A stretch of DNA of 34,476 nucleotides from contig KZ539069.1 in NCBI GenBank assembly GCA_000934665.2, forward strand, positions 1 to 34,476, written 5' to 3'. The position numbers were made by a program, and so were the translations under genes. The notes below the pieces were generated by a model that saw nothing but the letters and a program-made list of their open reading frames with translations, ran no database searches and was not told the origin of the DNA. This document shows, one piece after another, positions 32,892-34,476 of the stretch; the stretch's first letter is position 1, and every line of letters begins with the position of its first letter. The DNA comes from Catajapyx aquilonaris (taxonomy: Eukaryota).

Positions 32892-33051
32892 CCATATTTG
32901 ACGGCATATATAAGACGCACGGGCATGTAAGATGCATCCCCAATTCAGCAGATCATATTCAGGAAAAAAAAGTGTTTAGTGTATTTTTTGCATATAAGAC
33001 GCAGAGCGATTTTTGAGACTTTTTTTTTGGATGGGGGGGCGTCAAATACGG
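32892..33051. mobile_element. Short Tc1/mariner-like MITE
   Basis: TA|CCATATTTGACG … CGTCAAATACGG|TA; internal TAAGACGCA repeats. Confidence 0.7.
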
Positions 33052-34152
33052 TACTTTACAAGAATAGGTTGCATGGAATCTCACCATATACAGTATTGAG
33101 GCAGCTTATACTGTATACTTTAAATAGTGTCAGCTTCATCAAATAACTGTAAGAATGCAGGTAATAGGAGGGATGAGATGTGCGGAAACCAATTCCTCCC
33201 AATTTTTTTCAATGTTAATTCTATGACCTGAAAAGGGAAGTGAAAATACTGAAAACTATTTATTAATTGCATGATTTAACATTATGCATGTTCTGACTGA
33301 ATGCATTGTAAGAACCCATTTTATTACTTACTATTGTATGCACTTTGTCACATGTAATTTTATTCTGAATAATTACCCCACACAATTCATTTCATTCTGC
33401 TCGGTTCCCAGTCGGTTCCTTCCTTCCTCTCTGACCGCTTTTCTTCCCAAAAACAAATCCATAAGTCTATATAGTGTCACTACCGAAACTACTGCACAAG
33501 AAAAACGATCGCAATTGCCGATATTTCTTTCGAAGTGACAGCTGGTACATGGGAAGCTTGATTATTATTCCTTCGGTGCATCTTTTTTATATTCTATCCA
33601 TACTCTCGGAAAAGTCAACTTGGAAGCAAAAAAAATAAAATTATTTCTGCAAAGAAATTTTTATATGGTTGGAAGGGGTACCCAGAGTGTAGGACGTCAT
33701 TTCAAATCATTTTCCGTATGCTGGAAACCGGGATAGGGCCTTATCAAAAGTGGGTAGCCAAAGGTGCGAAGCATCACTTGTCGGAAATGTCGCGCTTGAA
33801 GAGCTATTGGGTTGAAGGCTTGTGTCTTCTACAGTAGGTTGTGGTATAAAGGGTAAACTATCAATGAACGTCTTTCGTTACGGGAGTGTATTATCATATA
33901 CTTTACGTACTTTGTTGTGCAAGCATATTCTGCGAATTTACTGAAAAGTAGCTGAATCTATAATATACTATTTAATAGTATTAGTCTAAATACACAATTT
34001 TAGTGTTGCTGACCGACGCGACGGTACATTACAATAATTATGGATATTTTGACGCTTGTAAATGTCTGCTTAGAAGCTGTGGCAGTAGAGATAAAATATT
34101 AATGTTTCATTATACTGTAAGTAGAACTACTATATAAAAATAGGCAGTAAAA

Positions 34153-34476
34153 CTGCAGAAAACTATTCTTCCTCTGGGTGAGATTAAAAGTAAGAAACAA
34201 GTCCATAGGTGGGGTTGGTTCGTGTCATAGGGATGTGTGATAATTAAATTTAATTCAAAACATTCGTGCTTTGAGGCTGGGAAGAATTAGGCAGATTTAT
34301 ATCGCTTTTATGTACTTCTCCGACTCTGATACTCTGCCTAATTCTTCCCAGCCCCAAAGCACGAATGTTTTGAATTAAATTTAATTATCACACATCCCTA
34401 TGACACGAACCAAGCCCCACCTATGGACTTGTTTCTTACTTTTAATCTCACCCAGAGGAAGAATAGTTTTCTGCAG
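34153..34476. repeat. Long hairpin, arms of at least 143 bp, 37-nt loop, running to the window edge
   Basis: 34153-34295 vs 34333-34476; one substitution and one 1-nt indel. Confidence 0.92.

Noticed and set aside
1..34476. CRISPR array, prokaryotic operon or autonomous transposase/reverse transcriptase
   Set aside because: No regularly spaced repeat-spacer units and no long intronless ORF; the architecture is eukaryotic

Overview
Eukaryotic (animal) genomic DNA, AT-rich, probably from an arthropod such as a hemimetabolous insect; this is inferred from the repeat style and is not proven. The ORF track is mostly misleading because the genes are spliced. Three minus-strand coding units can be rebuilt from GT-AG splice sites. 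(1) 15024->939, possibly continuing past the left edge: about 20 exons encoding a roughly 1,280-aa acidic, Pro-rich, probably disordered protein, built from duplicated frame-symmetric (phase 1-1) exon modules. (2) 19158->16743: a 4-exon SAM-domain gene resembling SAMD15. (3) 22924->20921: a roughly 227-aa protein made of diverged copies of the same exon modules, ending in KRHAPYPGA*. From about 23 kb to the right edge no convincing ORF is present. That region instead holds a dense cluster of mutually unrelated, near-perfect fold-back hairpins (18-143 bp arms) with no obvious transposon termini, a candidate hairpin-RNA/endo-siRNA locus. Interspersed elements are tRNA-derived SINEs (two families, one V-domain-like), hAT, PIF/Harbinger and Tc1/mariner MITEs, a non-autonomous Helitron, a truncated LINE end, microsatellites and one assembly gap. 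All calls are by eye; no database searches were run.
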